This document shows positions 36,989 to 46,851 of a stretch of DNA of 64,000 nucleotides, one piece after another. The position numbers and the translations under genes were made by a program. Within the stretch, counting starts at the first letter, position 1. Each line of letters begins with the position of its first letter. The notes below the pieces were generated by a model. The model was not told the DNA's origin. It made no database searches and saw nothing but the letters and a program-made list of their open reading frames with translations. Location: the NCBI GenBank assembly GCA_016182085.1, contig JACOYB010000004.1, forward strand, positions 339,923 through 403,922, written 5' to 3'. Origin of the DNA: Candidatus Magasanikiibacteriota bacterium. Lineage in GTDB: Bacteria; Patescibacteriota; Patescibacteriia; Magasanikbacterales; GWA2-37-8.

Positions 36989-37864
36989 ATGCAAAAAAAT
37001 CTTATAGTATCTTTAGTCGCGGTAATGGCTCTGGTATCTTTTGCTCCGGCCCTAACCTTGGCTCGTGAAGACAATGGTGGCAGGGGAGAAGATAAAAAAG
37101 AGCTGGTGGAAATAAAAAAGGAACTTAAAGCAGAAGTAAAATTAGAAAGAGAAGACCTTAAGGCACGCCTAAAAGAGTTAGCCCGATCCCTCAGGTTTGC
37201 TCCTCGAGCGCTTACCATTACCGGTACGCTTGTAGCTATGAGTTCCACCACCCCAACCTCAACCGAAATCACCCTTGATGTTACAAGAGTAACACCGGTT
37301 AGATCTAAAAAAATTCCTACCTCAACGCTGCCATATCCGGAAAAGGGTACAAGAATCGTATTAAAACTTAATGAGAAAACTACTTTGGTAAGAGCTTATG
37401 GCGGGAAGATGAAACTATCAGAAATGAATGTAGGCGATAAGCTTCATATCGTAGCGAAGTTTAAACAGGATGGCACCTTGGACGTAAAAATCGTAAAAGA
37501 TAATTCTCTCCATGTTTTACGTAATAAGAAAGGCATGGTAGAAAGCGTCAATGCGTCCAACTCCTCATTTGTTCTAAAACAGGAAAAGAGAACAGTTACC
37601 GTATATGCAAATAGTCAGACTAAATTTTATATGAAAGGCGCGGCTACCCCGCCAACCTTTGCTAATCTGCAAGTTGGTGACAAGGTAAGCGTGGGAGGTA
37701 TTATAAATATTGATCTTAAGACTGTTGCCGCCAGTTCGGTAACGATACAAAAAAGACCGGTAGTTGTGCCTGCTCCAGGACCAACTTCTACGCCTCCATC
37801 ACCAACTAGTACGCCTACTCCAACTACTACCCCCACCCCGACCACTACTCCTTCATCAACCTAA
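36989..37864 (+). CDS. secreted protein with a C-terminal Thr/Pro-rich tail
   Basis: Signal peptide MQKNLIVSLVAVMALVSFAPALTLA; C-terminus PGPTSTPPSPTSTPTPTTTPTPTTTPSST. Confidence 0.55.
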   Translation: MQKNLIVSLVAVMALVSFAPALTLAREDNGGRGEDKKELVEIKKELKAEVKLEREDLKARLKELARSLRFAPRALTITGTLVAMSSTTPTSTEITLDVTRVTPVRSKKIPTSTLPYPEKGTRIVLKLNEKTTLVRAYGGKMKLSEMNVGDKLHIVAKFKQDGTLDVKIVKDNSLHVLRNKKGMVESVNASNSSFVLKQEKRTVTVYANSQTKFYMKGAATPPTFANLQVGDKVSVGGIINIDLKTVAASSVTIQKRPVVVPAPGPTSTPPSPTSTPTPTTTPTPTTTPSST

Positions 37865-37877
37865 ATAACTTCAGAAC

Positions 37878-37908
37878 AAAAACATCCCGACTTAGTCGGG
37901 ATGTTTTT
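37878..37908. terminator. bidirectional terminator AAAAACATCCCGACTTAGTCGGGATGTTTTT (near-identical copy at 61699-61727)
   Basis: 9-bp stem flanked by A- and T-runs, lying between convergent genes. Confidence 0.8.
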
Positions 37909-37918
37909 TTAATTTAAT

Positions 37919-38320
37919 TTACAACCTGTCATCCAAAGCCTTGTTTACCCATCTATCGGCTTCCTTGTTATTCTCACGTCTGGTATGTTTGAAGGTTGTT
38001 TTTTTAAAACCGCTGGCCAGATTAAAAGCCATAATAAATAATTTTTGCAGGCCCGGCTCCCGGACTTTGTATTGTCTGTTCATTTGTTTGGTTACGAGTT
38101 CGCTGTCTAAAATACATTCAACTTCAGTCGCGCCCAATTCCTTGGCTTTTTGCAGCGCGGAAATTAAAGCCGAATACTCAGCGTAGTTATTGGTTTGTTT
38201 TCCCAGCTATTGGCCATAGCCGGCAATAGTGTTGCCACTTGTGTCTTTTATGACCACGCCGAGAGCTGCCGGTCCGGGATTGCCTCTTGCGCCTCCGTCT
38301 GTGTATGATATAAGTTTCAT
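37919..38320 (-). pseudogene. rnhA: ribonuclease HI interrupted by a single in-frame TAG
   Basis: The minus strand translates as MKLISYTDGGARGNPGPAALGVVIKDTSGNTIAGYGQ, then TAG at 38207-38209, then LGKQTNNYAEYSALISALQKAKELGATEVECILDSELVTKQ...KHTRRENNKEADRWVNKALDD. This is a full-length RNase H fold (DGG...GNPGP, TNNxAEY, D...ADxLA). The tracker only reports the 72-aa C-terminal fragment. Confidence 0.7.
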
Positions 38321-38407
38321 ATTTGAAATGAGTGAATGAAGTAGACAGTGAAATATTTATAGATCGCTGCGAATGAGAATATATGCGGCGTAGCTCCTAT
38401 ATAATAT

Positions 38408-39826
38408 TTAGTAGTTTAGTTTCCAAATGCCCGGTTTATTTTTATCTTCAGGTATGAAATAAAATATTTTATTTTCAGAATCAGCCGCTGATTTTTTTAT
38501 TTTTTCATTTATGATTTCATGGCCAACGAGGTAGTAAGGAAATAAAGCCGCGGTCTTATCAGCCCAAGTAAGTCCCAAGGTGTTATGCTCATCGAGCGGC
38601 ACGACTTGTTCCAGATGCTCTCCAGATCGGCTGAGAAGGTATGGTTCCTCGTTTTGGCTATAGCTCCACAGTTCTAGCGGCGACCATAATAGCCACCAGT
38701 TGTTAAATTTTGATATAAAAAATTTATCAGCTTGAATTTTATATTTATAATTTCTACCCGTCAAAATCATTTTTGAATTTTTTTCTGTTTTTATCAGCGC
38801 CGTTTCTTGTCGAGCAATTAAAATGTGTACCTTGGTTTCTGAAGTTATGTCGCCACCCGCAACATCTAAATCCTCGGGAGTTAAGCGATTAAATTCGGAG
38901 CTAAACCCAAGGGTATTTTTAATAATCACATACTCTTGTTTTGATATGTCGTTTTGGATTGTCCATAACTGGCCATTTTCCATATGCCAATCCACATATT
39001 TATTTTCGGTTATTACCTGAGATTTACTCGTAATAGGCGAGTAGGCATATATATTTTCGCCAGTGCCATAGTAGAGCTGCGGTTCAATGGTATTAGACCA
39101 CTGGACTTTTTTAATGCCGGATAGTATTTGCGTCAAATCAGTCAGCCGAGATGGGTTGGATGCGTTAACAACCAACAGGCTGGCATAGCCGTTTTCCGCG
39201 GCGGCAGTTATGAGGGCGTAATTATTCTTTTCCGCCCAAATTATATCCAGAGGTTTGCGGGTATTGATTGTAGATATTAATATATTTTGTCCCAGGTTAT
39301 TATTTCGCAACCAAATTTCCGTGTCGTTTCCTTTTATCAGGGAATACAATATGAACTGGCCATTGTAAGAAAGGAAAAAATTATCTATTTTTTCGTTAAC
39401 TAATAATTGGGGTTTGTTTTTTTTAAGCAGGCGTATGTCTTTTATGTAGTAGGTCTGCTTGTTTTTTACTTCAATTTCCTTGGTCCAGTCCAGATATCCC
39501 GAAGCGGCAATGCGTAAGTTATATTTTGCCGGAACGATGTTGTTTAATCTGATGGGTAATTTTTCCTGTAGCCGTATGCCGTTTAAGTAGACCTCGGTGT
39601 CTTCGGGTTCTATATCAATATTTATAGACCCGGTTTCTTTAAGCAGTCCGTTATGCCAATCATAGCGGTATCCGGCCGTATAGAGGATGATGGTCGGGGA
39701 AATAATAAAAAATAATACGACACATAGAACAAGCAAGGTTAAACGTATCGGACGGGTAAATTTTGTGCCGGGATATTCCATGTAATTATATAATAATTGA
39801 ATCTTGCCACTTTTGACTTGAAGCAA
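38408..39826 (-). CDS. hypothetical membrane-anchored protein (472 aa)
   Basis: N-terminal TM helix LTLLVLCVVLFFIISPTIILYTAGY, then a large beta-rich extracytoplasmic region; host composition. Confidence 0.6.
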   Translation of the reverse strand: MLQVKSGKIQLLYNYMEYPGTKFTRPIRLTLLVLCVVLFFIISPTIILYTAGYRYDWHNGLLKETGSINIDIEPEDTEVYLNGIRLQEKLPIRLNNIVPAKYNLRIAASGYLDWTKEIEVKNKQTYYIKDIRLLKKNKPQLLVNEKIDNFFLSYNGQFILYSLIKGNDTEIWLRNNNLGQNILISTINTRKPLDIIWAEKNNYALITAAAENGYASLLVVNASNPSRLTDLTQILSGIKKVQWSNTIEPQLYYGTGENIYAYSPITSKSQVITENKYVDWHMENGQLWTIQNDISKQEYVIIKNTLGFSSEFNRLTPEDLDVAGGDITSETKVHILIARQETALIKTEKNSKMILTGRNYKYKIQADKFFISKFNNWWLLWSPLELWSYSQNEEPYLLSRSGEHLEQVVPLDEHNTLGLTWADKTAALFPYYLVGHEIINEKIKKSAADSENKIFYFIPEDKNKPGIWKLNY

Positions 39827-39946
39827 AATTTATACTATAATTAGTAATCATTACGAAGCGAGTAGAATGGCTTTTTACAGTCATTTTTGAGCCAGTGCTG
39901 AATTATATCCTAGATATACTAACAAAAAACATGGAATAGTCAAAGT

Positions 39947-41242
39947 ATGTCCTATTTGCTTATAAACGGCGGTAAAAAACTCCACGGAGAAATTATCAAC
40001 CAATCATCTAAGAATTCAGCCGTGGCGATTTTATGCGCCTCACTTTTGATACGAGGTAAAACCGTATTATCAGATGTTCCTCAAATTGAAGAAGTGAACC
40101 GTATCTTAGAATTACTTGCCAGTTTGGGGGTTAAGATAGAGCAGCCAGAACCCGGTAAGGTAATTTTGGATACAAGCGCTAAACTAATATTTGGCCATAT
40201 AGACAGACACGCTTCCGAGGTTACCAGATCATCACTATTGCTTTTAGGCGCGCTCGCTTCTTATCCGGTTAGTTATAATTTATATAAATCAGGCGGATGC
40301 CGTTTGGGAGAACGCACCGTTCGCCCTCATTTATACGCGTTGCAAAATTTCGGGGTAGCCGTTAGTTCTAAAGAAAAATTTTATTTGGTAAAAAATAGCG
40401 GTTTGCGCGCCGGAGAAATAGTTATGTATGAATCAGGCGATACGCCAACTGAAAATGCGATTATGGCCGCGGTCCTGGCTCCGGGCACTACCACTATTCG
40501 TATGGCATCGGCAAATTATATGGTACAGGATTTGTGTCATTTTTTGGTTGCCGCCGGCGCTAAAATAAAAGGTATTGGCACGACCACGCTCGTTATTGAA
40601 GGCGTGCCGTCCTTAAAATCAAAAGTTGCCTATTCTATCATGCCAGATCCGATTGCGGCTATGACCTTTATTAGCACGGCCATAGTTACCGGTTCAAATC
40701 TTACGATCAAACATTGTCCGATGGATTTTTTGGATCTAGAATTATACAAGTTGGCCACCATGGGGCAGAAATTTGTCATTAAAAATGAATCGCACAGTAA
40801 ATTTCGCATGGCTTCCATAGAAATAATTCCATCCAAACTCAAAGCGCTGCCCGATAAAATCTATGGCCGTCCGTTTCCCGGATTAAATTTAGACAACCTG
40901 CCGCTGTTTGTGCCAATTTTGGCAAAAGCCAAAGGCAAGACCTTGGTGCATGATTGGGCGTATGAGAATAGATCGGTATATTATTTGGAATTACAGAAAT
41001 TAGGAGTTAAAATAAACTCATTGGATCTGCATCGTGTTTGGGTGGAGGGGCCGACAATTTTTAAACCCAATGACGTGATGGCTCCGCCAGCGCTGAGGCC
41101 CGCCGTATGCATCCTTATAGGAATGTTGGCTGCCAAGGGAAAATCAAAACTTAGAAATACGTATGTTATTGATCGCGGATACGAAAATTTATACGAAGTT
41201 TTAAATAAGGTTGGCGCTGACATTAAAGTAATTACATCATAA
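39947..41242 (+). CDS. murA: UDP-N-acetylglucosamine 1-carboxyvinyltransferase (EPT family)
   Basis: EPSP-synthase/MurA fold motifs MSYLLINGGKKLHGEI, NSAVAILCASLL, and the catalytic Cys context GGCRLGERTVRPH. Confidence 0.85.
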   Translation: MSYLLINGGKKLHGEIINQSSKNSAVAILCASLLIRGKTVLSDVPQIEEVNRILELLASLGVKIEQPEPGKVILDTSAKLIFGHIDRHASEVTRSSLLLLGALASYPVSYNLYKSGGCRLGERTVRPHLYALQNFGVAVSSKEKFYLVKNSGLRAGEIVMYESGDTPTENAIMAAVLAPGTTTIRMASANYMVQDLCHFLVAAGAKIKGIGTTTLVIEGVPSLKSKVAYSIMPDPIAAMTFISTAIVTGSNLTIKHCPMDFLDLELYKLATMGQKFVIKNESHSKFRMASIEIIPSKLKALPDKIYGRPFPGLNLDNLPLFVPILAKAKGKTLVHDWAYENRSVYYLELQKLGVKINSLDLHRVWVEGPTIFKPNDVMAPPALRPAVCILIGMLAAKGKSKLRNTYVIDRGYENLYEVLNKVGADIKVITS

Positions 41243-41247
41243 TTTTT

Positions 41248-42510
41248 ATGCCAGATATTTCTCCAGTCAAAATGAGAGCTCAAAAATACGCAGGCGTCTA
41301 TTTATCGGTAATACTTTTTATTATCTCTTTTGGCATGGGCGTGATTGTGGGAAAGACGTGGTATATACAAAAACAAATAACGGATGCGGACGGCAATGTG
41401 CGAGTGGATAAAGTGCTTAACTTAAACAGAACGACAAATAAATCAGCGGTTGAATTTGATCAGTTTTGGGATGTTTGGGATGCGATTAAAACAAAATACG
41501 TAAAACAACCGGTAACGGACACGGAAATGTTTTATGGCGCGATCCAAGGGCTGGTAACATCATTAGGCGATCCATATTCGTTATATTTCCCTCCTCAGCA
41601 GGCCGAAGAATTTGCCAAAGATTTATCCGGAGAGCTAGAAGGCATTGGCGCGGAAATAGGCATAAAGAATAATGAGCTCGTAGTAGTTTCACCCTTACCG
41701 GATTCTCCCGCGCAAAAAGCCGGGCTGCGACCGGGGGATAAGATTTTAGAGATAGATAAAGAAAGCACGTTTGGCATGGATGTAAATACCGCCGTAAGCA
41801 AAATACGGGGTAAGGCAAATACCAAAGTAGTTCTGACAATTACCAGAAACGGCTTAAGCAAAGCGAAAGAGGTGGAGATTACGAGAATGAAAATAATCAT
41901 TCCTTCAGTTTTATTTTCATTTAAACCGAATGACATTGCTTATTTGCGCATCATGCAATTTAATGATGATACAACGCGTGAATTAAATAAATATATAAAA
42001 CAAATAAAATTCCGTTCAGCTAAGGGCATAGTATTGGATTTGCGAAATAACCCCGGCGGATATTTGAATACTTCAATTGAAATGGCTAGTCAATGGATAG
42101 AAGACGGTTTGGTCGTAAGTGAAAAGGGCAGGGACGGGTTAAACAACGAACATGAGACCGTGGGGCCGCATTTATTGTCCGAAATAAAGACCGTAGTTCT
42201 GGTAAATAAAGGTTCGGCCTCAGCTTCAGAAATTGTTGCCGGCGCGCTCCAGGATACCAAAAAAGCTGTTTTAGTGGGCGAACAAACGTACGGTAAAGGT
42301 TCGGTTCAAGATTTTGAAACGTTCTCGGATGGTTCGGCTTTGAAATTAACTGTGGCCGAATGGTTTACCCCAAACGGAAAAAATATAAACAAAGAAGGAA
42401 TTAAACCCGATATAGAAATTAAAGAAGATTGGGAAAAGGAAGCGGTAGGCGAAGACAAAGTATTAGATTTTGCTCTGGATCTTTTTGCTTCCTCTACGTT
42501 TAAATGGTAA
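41248..42510 (+). CDS. ctpA: C-terminal processing (tail-specific) peptidase, S41 family, with PDZ domain
   Basis: N-terminal TM helix, PDZ GIGAEIGIKNNELVVVSPLPDSPAQKAGLRPGDKILEID, and S41 core LRNNPGGYLN...GSASASEIVAGALQD. Confidence 0.82.
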   Translation: MPDISPVKMRAQKYAGVYLSVILFIISFGMGVIVGKTWYIQKQITDADGNVRVDKVLNLNRTTNKSAVEFDQFWDVWDAIKTKYVKQPVTDTEMFYGAIQGLVTSLGDPYSLYFPPQQAEEFAKDLSGELEGIGAEIGIKNNELVVVSPLPDSPAQKAGLRPGDKILEIDKESTFGMDVNTAVSKIRGKANTKVVLTITRNGLSKAKEVEITRMKIIIPSVLFSFKPNDIAYLRIMQFNDDTTRELNKYIKQIKFRSAKGIVLDLRNNPGGYLNTSIEMASQWIEDGLVVSEKGRDGLNNEHETVGPHLLSEIKTVVLVNKGSASASEIVAGALQDTKKAVLVGEQTYGKGSVQDFETFSDGSALKLTVAEWFTPNGKNINKEGIKPDIEIKEDWEKEAVGEDKVLDFALDLFASSTFKW

Positions 42511-42579
42511 GGAATTTAATTTTACTTCTTCTCAGTTAAGAAAAGGCGTTTTTAACTTTTTTAGGTCCTATATATACCC

Positions 42580-42608
42580 TTGACAAAAGGGTGATTTTAT
42601 GATATATT
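42580..42608 (+). promoter_or_regulatory. near-consensus sigma-70 promoter with extended -10 (TTGACA, 17 nt, TGaTATATT) upstream of the GC-rich ORF
   Basis: cTTGACAaaagggtgattttaTGaTATATT, followed by a roughly 100-nt AT-rich leader and an AGGAGG ribosome-binding site 7 nt before the ATG at 42719. Confidence 0.55.
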
Positions 42609-42718
42609 TATCTGTTATTTTTATCTAAAAATACATTCAGTGGCCTGTCGATTAACTGTAGTAAATTCTTACTATAGATAACCGGCACACCAACCAACAA
42701 AGCCGGAAGGAGGCCCTC

Positions 42719-43366
42719 ATGGGCAGAACGAACCAAACGATCAAGATTCTGGGCACCACGGGCTTCCTGAGCTGCAGCTACGGCCGAGATCCTCAGTGGA
42801 GCACCATGATCGAGATCGATGACCCCGAGGAGCTCGACTGGCAGGACATTCCGCCCGAGCTGAAGTTCGAGGGCAAGAAGCTCATCGTGTGCGTCAAGAT
42901 CGGTAGCCGTAGCAACCATGCGTTCACGAGCGCGGAGCTGCGCCAGATCGGACAGGAGCTCCGCTGGACGAAGAACAACCCGCTCGGCGCCCAGCTCAAG
43001 GAGCTTCGCGAGCGTCGTGATTTCCTCAAGCAGCAGTACGACCAGGACAAGGCTGGCAACTCCAGTCGTCTCCTGCTCACCTTCCGCAAGGGAGGGCCGC
43101 GGAACGAGCTCCAGGCGTCGGATGAGACCGAACCCGGTCGCCGATTCCATCGAGTGTTCGTCCTCGATCGCTACACCCTCGAGCGTGGCAACGTCAAGGA
43201 GGGCGCGACCTACTCCTGCTCCATTAAGCAGGTACTGAAGCAGAACGATCCGCAGGGCAATTTCCAGGGCTTCATGCTCCTCCTCGTCTCGGTCGGGCAC
43301 GAACACTTCGATCCCGACCAGCGGATCCAGAAGTTCGAGGCTGCCATCGCCGCGGGTGCCAAGTAG
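42719..43366 (+). CDS. hypothetical soluble protein (215 aa) on a roughly 62% GC island
   Basis: Strong GC3 bias and AGGAGG ribosome-binding site; no TM segment; no family recognised. The overlapping 278-aa minus-strand ORF looks antisense. Confidence 0.55.
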   Translation: MGRTNQTIKILGTTGFLSCSYGRDPQWSTMIEIDDPEELDWQDIPPELKFEGKKLIVCVKIGSRSNHAFTSAELRQIGQELRWTKNNPLGAQLKELRERRDFLKQQYDQDKAGNSSRLLLTFRKGGPRNELQASDETEPGRRFHRVFVLDRYTLERGNVKEGATYSCSIKQVLKQNDPQGNFQGFMLLLVSVGHEHFDPDQRIQKFEAAIAAGAK

Positions 43367-43502
43367 TTCGTGCGTCACTGAGCAACTCGGTCGCACCATG
43401 CGACCCGAGCGACTCAGACAACTACATCCGAGCCGCTCACACAATCTAATAACTATTTGTTACATTGTGTGAGCTCGGATGTATAGAGAAAACAAAATAT
43501 TT

Positions 43503-43537
43503 AAAAAGCCCTCCAACGTTACGTCGGAGGGCTTTTT
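43503..43537. terminator. bidirectional terminator AAAAAGCCCTCCAACGTTACGTCGGAGGGCTTTTT
   Basis: Serves the GC-rich ORF (+) and era (-). Preceded by two long imperfect inverted repeats (43374-43417 and 43426-43481). Confidence 0.75.
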
Positions 43538-43558
43538 AGTTGGCTATTATACAGTCAG

Positions 43559-44443
43559 CTAAATTTTTTCTTCCCAGCGCCTGTCGGTTTCTACTTCCAG
43601 TTCCAAGAAAACTTTTTTATTGAGCGCGGCTTCCAGTTCTTTGCGTGCGGCAATGCCGATTTCTTTTATAGAGCGCCCGCCAGTGCCGATGATCATTTTT
43701 TTGTAGCGGCTGTCATAAGTATAGACTATTGCTTTGATTACATATACATCGGGTTTTTCTTCTATTTCCGGCACTTCTACATGAGTGGAATATGGCACTT
43801 CTTGGCGCAGAGCTTTAAATATTTTTTCTCGGATTATTTCCGCCACCCAGAACTTTCTGTTTATATTGGTAAGCTGATCCGAAGGGTAAGTTGGCTGTCC
43901 TTCGGGCAAGAGTTCAAAGACTTTATCTTTTAGAGGCTGGATATGTCGGTTTTCTTCGGCCGATACTTCAAATACAGCCGTAAATTGATCGCCAAGAGCC
44001 AAATAATCATCAAGATATAATTTTTCGTGTTTGGGTAAATCGGCTTTGTTAATTACGAGCAGTTTTGGTATATCCAAATTTCGTACCATGGCGAGCGTGG
44101 CGCGCTCTTCTACACCCAAAGATTTACTGGGATCGGCTACATACATTACGATGTCTATCCCTTCCAAGGCTTCGTGGGCGCGTTGGATCAGTTTGCCCGA
44201 CAGCGGATTGCCTTTATCTTTAAAAATTCCCGGCGTATCCACAAAAACGGCTTGGCCTTGCGCGGTATTTAAAACTCCATGTATAATGTCTCTGGTGGTT
44301 TGTGGTTTGTCTGTGACGGCGGCAATTTTGGTCCCGACCAGGGTATTGAGCAGGGCAGATTTACCCACGTTAGAACGGCCGATCAAGGTAACAAAACCGG
44401 ATTTAAAAACAGGCGCGGAAGGTTGGTTTTTTTCTTTTGCCAT
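43559..44443 (-). CDS. era: GTPase Era
   Basis: SGFVTLIGRSNVGKSALLNTLVGTKIAAVTDKPQTTR (G1), DTPG, NKAD, and a C-terminal KH domain. Confidence 0.9.
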   Translation of the reverse strand: MAKEKNQPSAPVFKSGFVTLIGRSNVGKSALLNTLVGTKIAAVTDKPQTTRDIIHGVLNTAQGQAVFVDTPGIFKDKGNPLSGKLIQRAHEALEGIDIVMYVADPSKSLGVEERATLAMVRNLDIPKLLVINKADLPKHEKLYLDDYLALGDQFTAVFEVSAEENRHIQPLKDKVFELLPEGQPTYPSDQLTNINRKFWVAEIIREKIFKALRQEVPYSTHVEVPEIEEKPDVYVIKAIVYTYDSRYKKMIIGTGGRSIKEIGIAARKELEAALNKKVFLELEVETDRRWEEKI

Positions 44444-44622
44444 AAGTTGCAGAATTAATGAATTTTGTTATTATATAGCAAATCACGCTTAAAATCAAGG
44501 TTGGTTTATATGGGCTAAAGCCGCATATAAACTCATTCGCTCGGAAATATCCAGTATAAATATTTTTAGCTCGCAAGCGATCAAAAATATTTTCCTGTCT
44601 ATCTCACTCACTCATTTCGTTT

Positions 44623-45063
44623 ATGAAAGTAATTTTGATTCAAAATGTGCCAAATTTTGGCAAGATTGATGATATAAAAGAAGTATCCGAAGGGTATGCT
44701 CGGAATTTTTTGTTTGCCAAAAATTTGGCTGTAGCCGCCTCGCCAAATATTTTAAAAGAAATAGAGGCGCGCCGAAATCGCAAGTTGAAAAATACGGAAA
44801 ACGAATTGCGCGAGCAGCAAGCGATTGCCCAGCGGCTGGACGGCCGAGAATTTACGCTTAAAGAAAAAACCAGTGCCGCCGGCGCGTTATATGCGGCAGT
44901 TGGTCCGCAAAAAATTTTGGAAATACTCAAAAAATCAGGATTTACCATAGATAAAGATAAAATAGCGATGAAACCGATAAAAGAAGCGGGGGAGTACAAG
45001 GCTAAAATTAAATTTTCCTACGGCCTGGAAGCGGAAATAATTGTTAATGTTATTAAGCTTTGA
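44623..45063 (+). CDS. rplI: 50S ribosomal protein L9
   Basis: MKVILIQNVPNFGKIDDIKEVSEGYARNFLFAKNLA, and a 146-aa length. Confidence 0.88.
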   Translation: MKVILIQNVPNFGKIDDIKEVSEGYARNFLFAKNLAVAASPNILKEIEARRNRKLKNTENELREQQAIAQRLDGREFTLKEKTSAAGALYAAVGPQKILEILKKSGFTIDKDKIAMKPIKEAGEYKAKIKFSYGLEAEIIVNVIKL

Positions 45064-45089
45064 TTCAGAACCTGCGTGAAATTTTTTGT

Positions 45090-45175
45090 TTGTCATTCTG
45101 AGCAAAGCGAAGAATCTCTGTCCAGCTGATCAAGATAGTACTGATAGAGATCCTTCATTTCATTCAGGATGACAA
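45090..45175. repeat. palindromic element, copy D
   Basis: TTGTCATTCTGAGCAAAGCGAAGAATCTCTGTCC...GAGATCCTTCATTTCATTCAGGATGACAA; about 29-nt arms are imperfect reverse complements. Confidence 0.7.
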
Positions 45176-45212
45176 ATGTGTTTATAAAACAGTATTAAAC
45201 AAGTTATAAATT

Positions 45213-46844
45213 ATGCAAAAAACAAAGTATATTTTTGTAATTGGGGGCGTGTTAAGCGGTGTCGGAAAAGGTGTAACAACTGCGTCTATTGGCCGCATTT
45301 TTAAAAATAGAGGTTTTAAAGTTTCCGCGATTAAAATTGATCCGTATATCAATGTGGATGCCGGCACTATGAACCCGGTAGAACACGGCGAGGTGTTTGT
45401 GACCGAAGACGGAGATGAAACCGACCAAGACCTGGGAAACTATGAACGATTTTTGGAAACTGATATTTATTCCTATAATTACATGACTACCGGACGGGTA
45501 TATTTAAGCGTGATTGAGAAAGAAAGAGGCATGCAGTATAAAGGCAAATGCGTGGAAGTGGTGCCGCATATTCCCATGGAAGTCATACATCGTATAAAAA
45601 ATGCCGCGGCTAAAACCAAAGCCGAAATAATGGTAATTGAGATCGGAGGCACGGCCGGGGAATATCAAAACATCCTCTTTTTGGAAGCGGCGCGCATGAT
45701 GAAGCTGGAAAACCCTGGTGATGTGGCTTTTGTACTCGTAAGTTATTTGCCAGTGCCCGGACACTTGGGAGAAATGAAAACCAAACCAACTCAGTATGCC
45801 TCTAGAACTTTAAACGCAAGCGGTATCCAAGCTGATTTTATTGTAGCTCGCGGTCCGGCCGCGCTGGATAAGCCCAGACGAGAAAAATTAGCAGTGCTGT
45901 GCGGGTTGCGCAACGAAGATGATGTGATTGCTGCGCCAGATGTTAAAAGTATTTATGAAATACCGCAGGTACTGGAAAAACAAAAGTTTGCCGAGTCAAT
46001 AATGAAACGGTTAAATATAAAATCACGCAAGGTAGTTGAAAAAAATTGGGATAAATTTGTAAATAAAATAGACAAAATTACGACTTCAGTAAAAATTGCC
46101 GTGATTGGCAAGTATTTTGCCACTGGTGATTATACCTTGGCCGATTCCTATATTTCGGTAATTAACGCCATTAAGCACGCGGCCTGGCACAATGGCGTAA
46201 ACGCGGAAATGACTTGGATTGATTCGGAAGAGTATGAGAAACACCCTGAGAAAATTAAAGAATTGGGTAATTACGATGCGGTGATTGTTCCGGGTGGATT
46301 TGGCACAAGAGGCATAGAGGGTATAATTTCAACAATTAAGTATGCTCGTGAACACAATCTGCCATATTTAGGTTTGTGTTATGGTATGCAGCTCGCAACT
46401 ATAGAATTTTCCCGTAATGTATTGGGTTATAAAGACGCGCACACCGTGGAATGCAATCCAAAAAGCAAGAATTTGATTATAAATATTAATTTAACTCAAG
46501 CGGAAAATATAAAAAATAATCGGTATGGCGGCACGATGCGTCTCGGCGCCTATGATTGCGTGCTAAAACAAGGAAGCATTTCCCGTAATTTATATGGCGC
46601 GGAAAAGATCAGCGAACGCCATCGTCATCGTTATGAATTTGATAACAAATATAGAGATGAGATGGAACAAAAAGGCATGATCGTAACAGGTGTCAATCCG
46701 CAATCAAATTTAGTGGAAATTATTGAAATAAAAAATCATCCATATTTTGTCGGAGTGCAATTTCATCCTGAGTTTAAATCAAGATTTTTAGAGCCACACC
46801 CATTGTTTGTTGGGTTGGTGAAAGCAGCTTTGAAGAATAAATAA
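45213..46844 (+). CDS. pyrG: CTP synthase
   Basis: MQKTKYIFVIGGVLSGVGKGVTTASIG, and a C-terminal glutamine amidotransferase domain with GLCYGMQ and HPEF. Confidence 0.95.
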   Translation: MQKTKYIFVIGGVLSGVGKGVTTASIGRIFKNRGFKVSAIKIDPYINVDAGTMNPVEHGEVFVTEDGDETDQDLGNYERFLETDIYSYNYMTTGRVYLSVIEKERGMQYKGKCVEVVPHIPMEVIHRIKNAAAKTKAEIMVIEIGGTAGEYQNILFLEAARMMKLENPGDVAFVLVSYLPVPGHLGEMKTKPTQYASRTLNASGIQADFIVARGPAALDKPRREKLAVLCGLRNEDDVIAAPDVKSIYEIPQVLEKQKFAESIMKRLNIKSRKVVEKNWDKFVNKIDKITTSVKIAVIGKYFATGDYTLADSYISVINAIKHAAWHNGVNAEMTWIDSEEYEKHPEKIKELGNYDAVIVPGGFGTRGIEGIISTIKYAREHNLPYLGLCYGMQLATIEFSRNVLGYKDAHTVECNPKSKNLIININLTQAENIKNNRYGGTMRLGAYDCVLKQGSISRNLYGAEKISERHRHRYEFDNKYRDEMEQKGMIVTGVNPQSNLVEIIEIKNHPYFVGVQFHPEFKSRFLEPHPLFVGLVKAALKNK

Positions 46845-46851
46845 ACTGACT

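Noticed and set aside
38207-38209. Genome-wide stop-codon reassignment as the explanation for the in-frame TAG in rnhA
   Set aside because: TAG terminates rpoD at 2448-2450 and other genes normally. No other in-frame TAG was seen in conserved genes in this window.
42608-43444. 278-aa minus-strand ORF and 106-aa plus-strand ORF overlapping the island-4 gene
   Set aside because: Antisense or out-of-frame of a GC-rich CDS. Arg/Leu/Glu-rich low-complexity translation with no promoter or ribosome-binding site.
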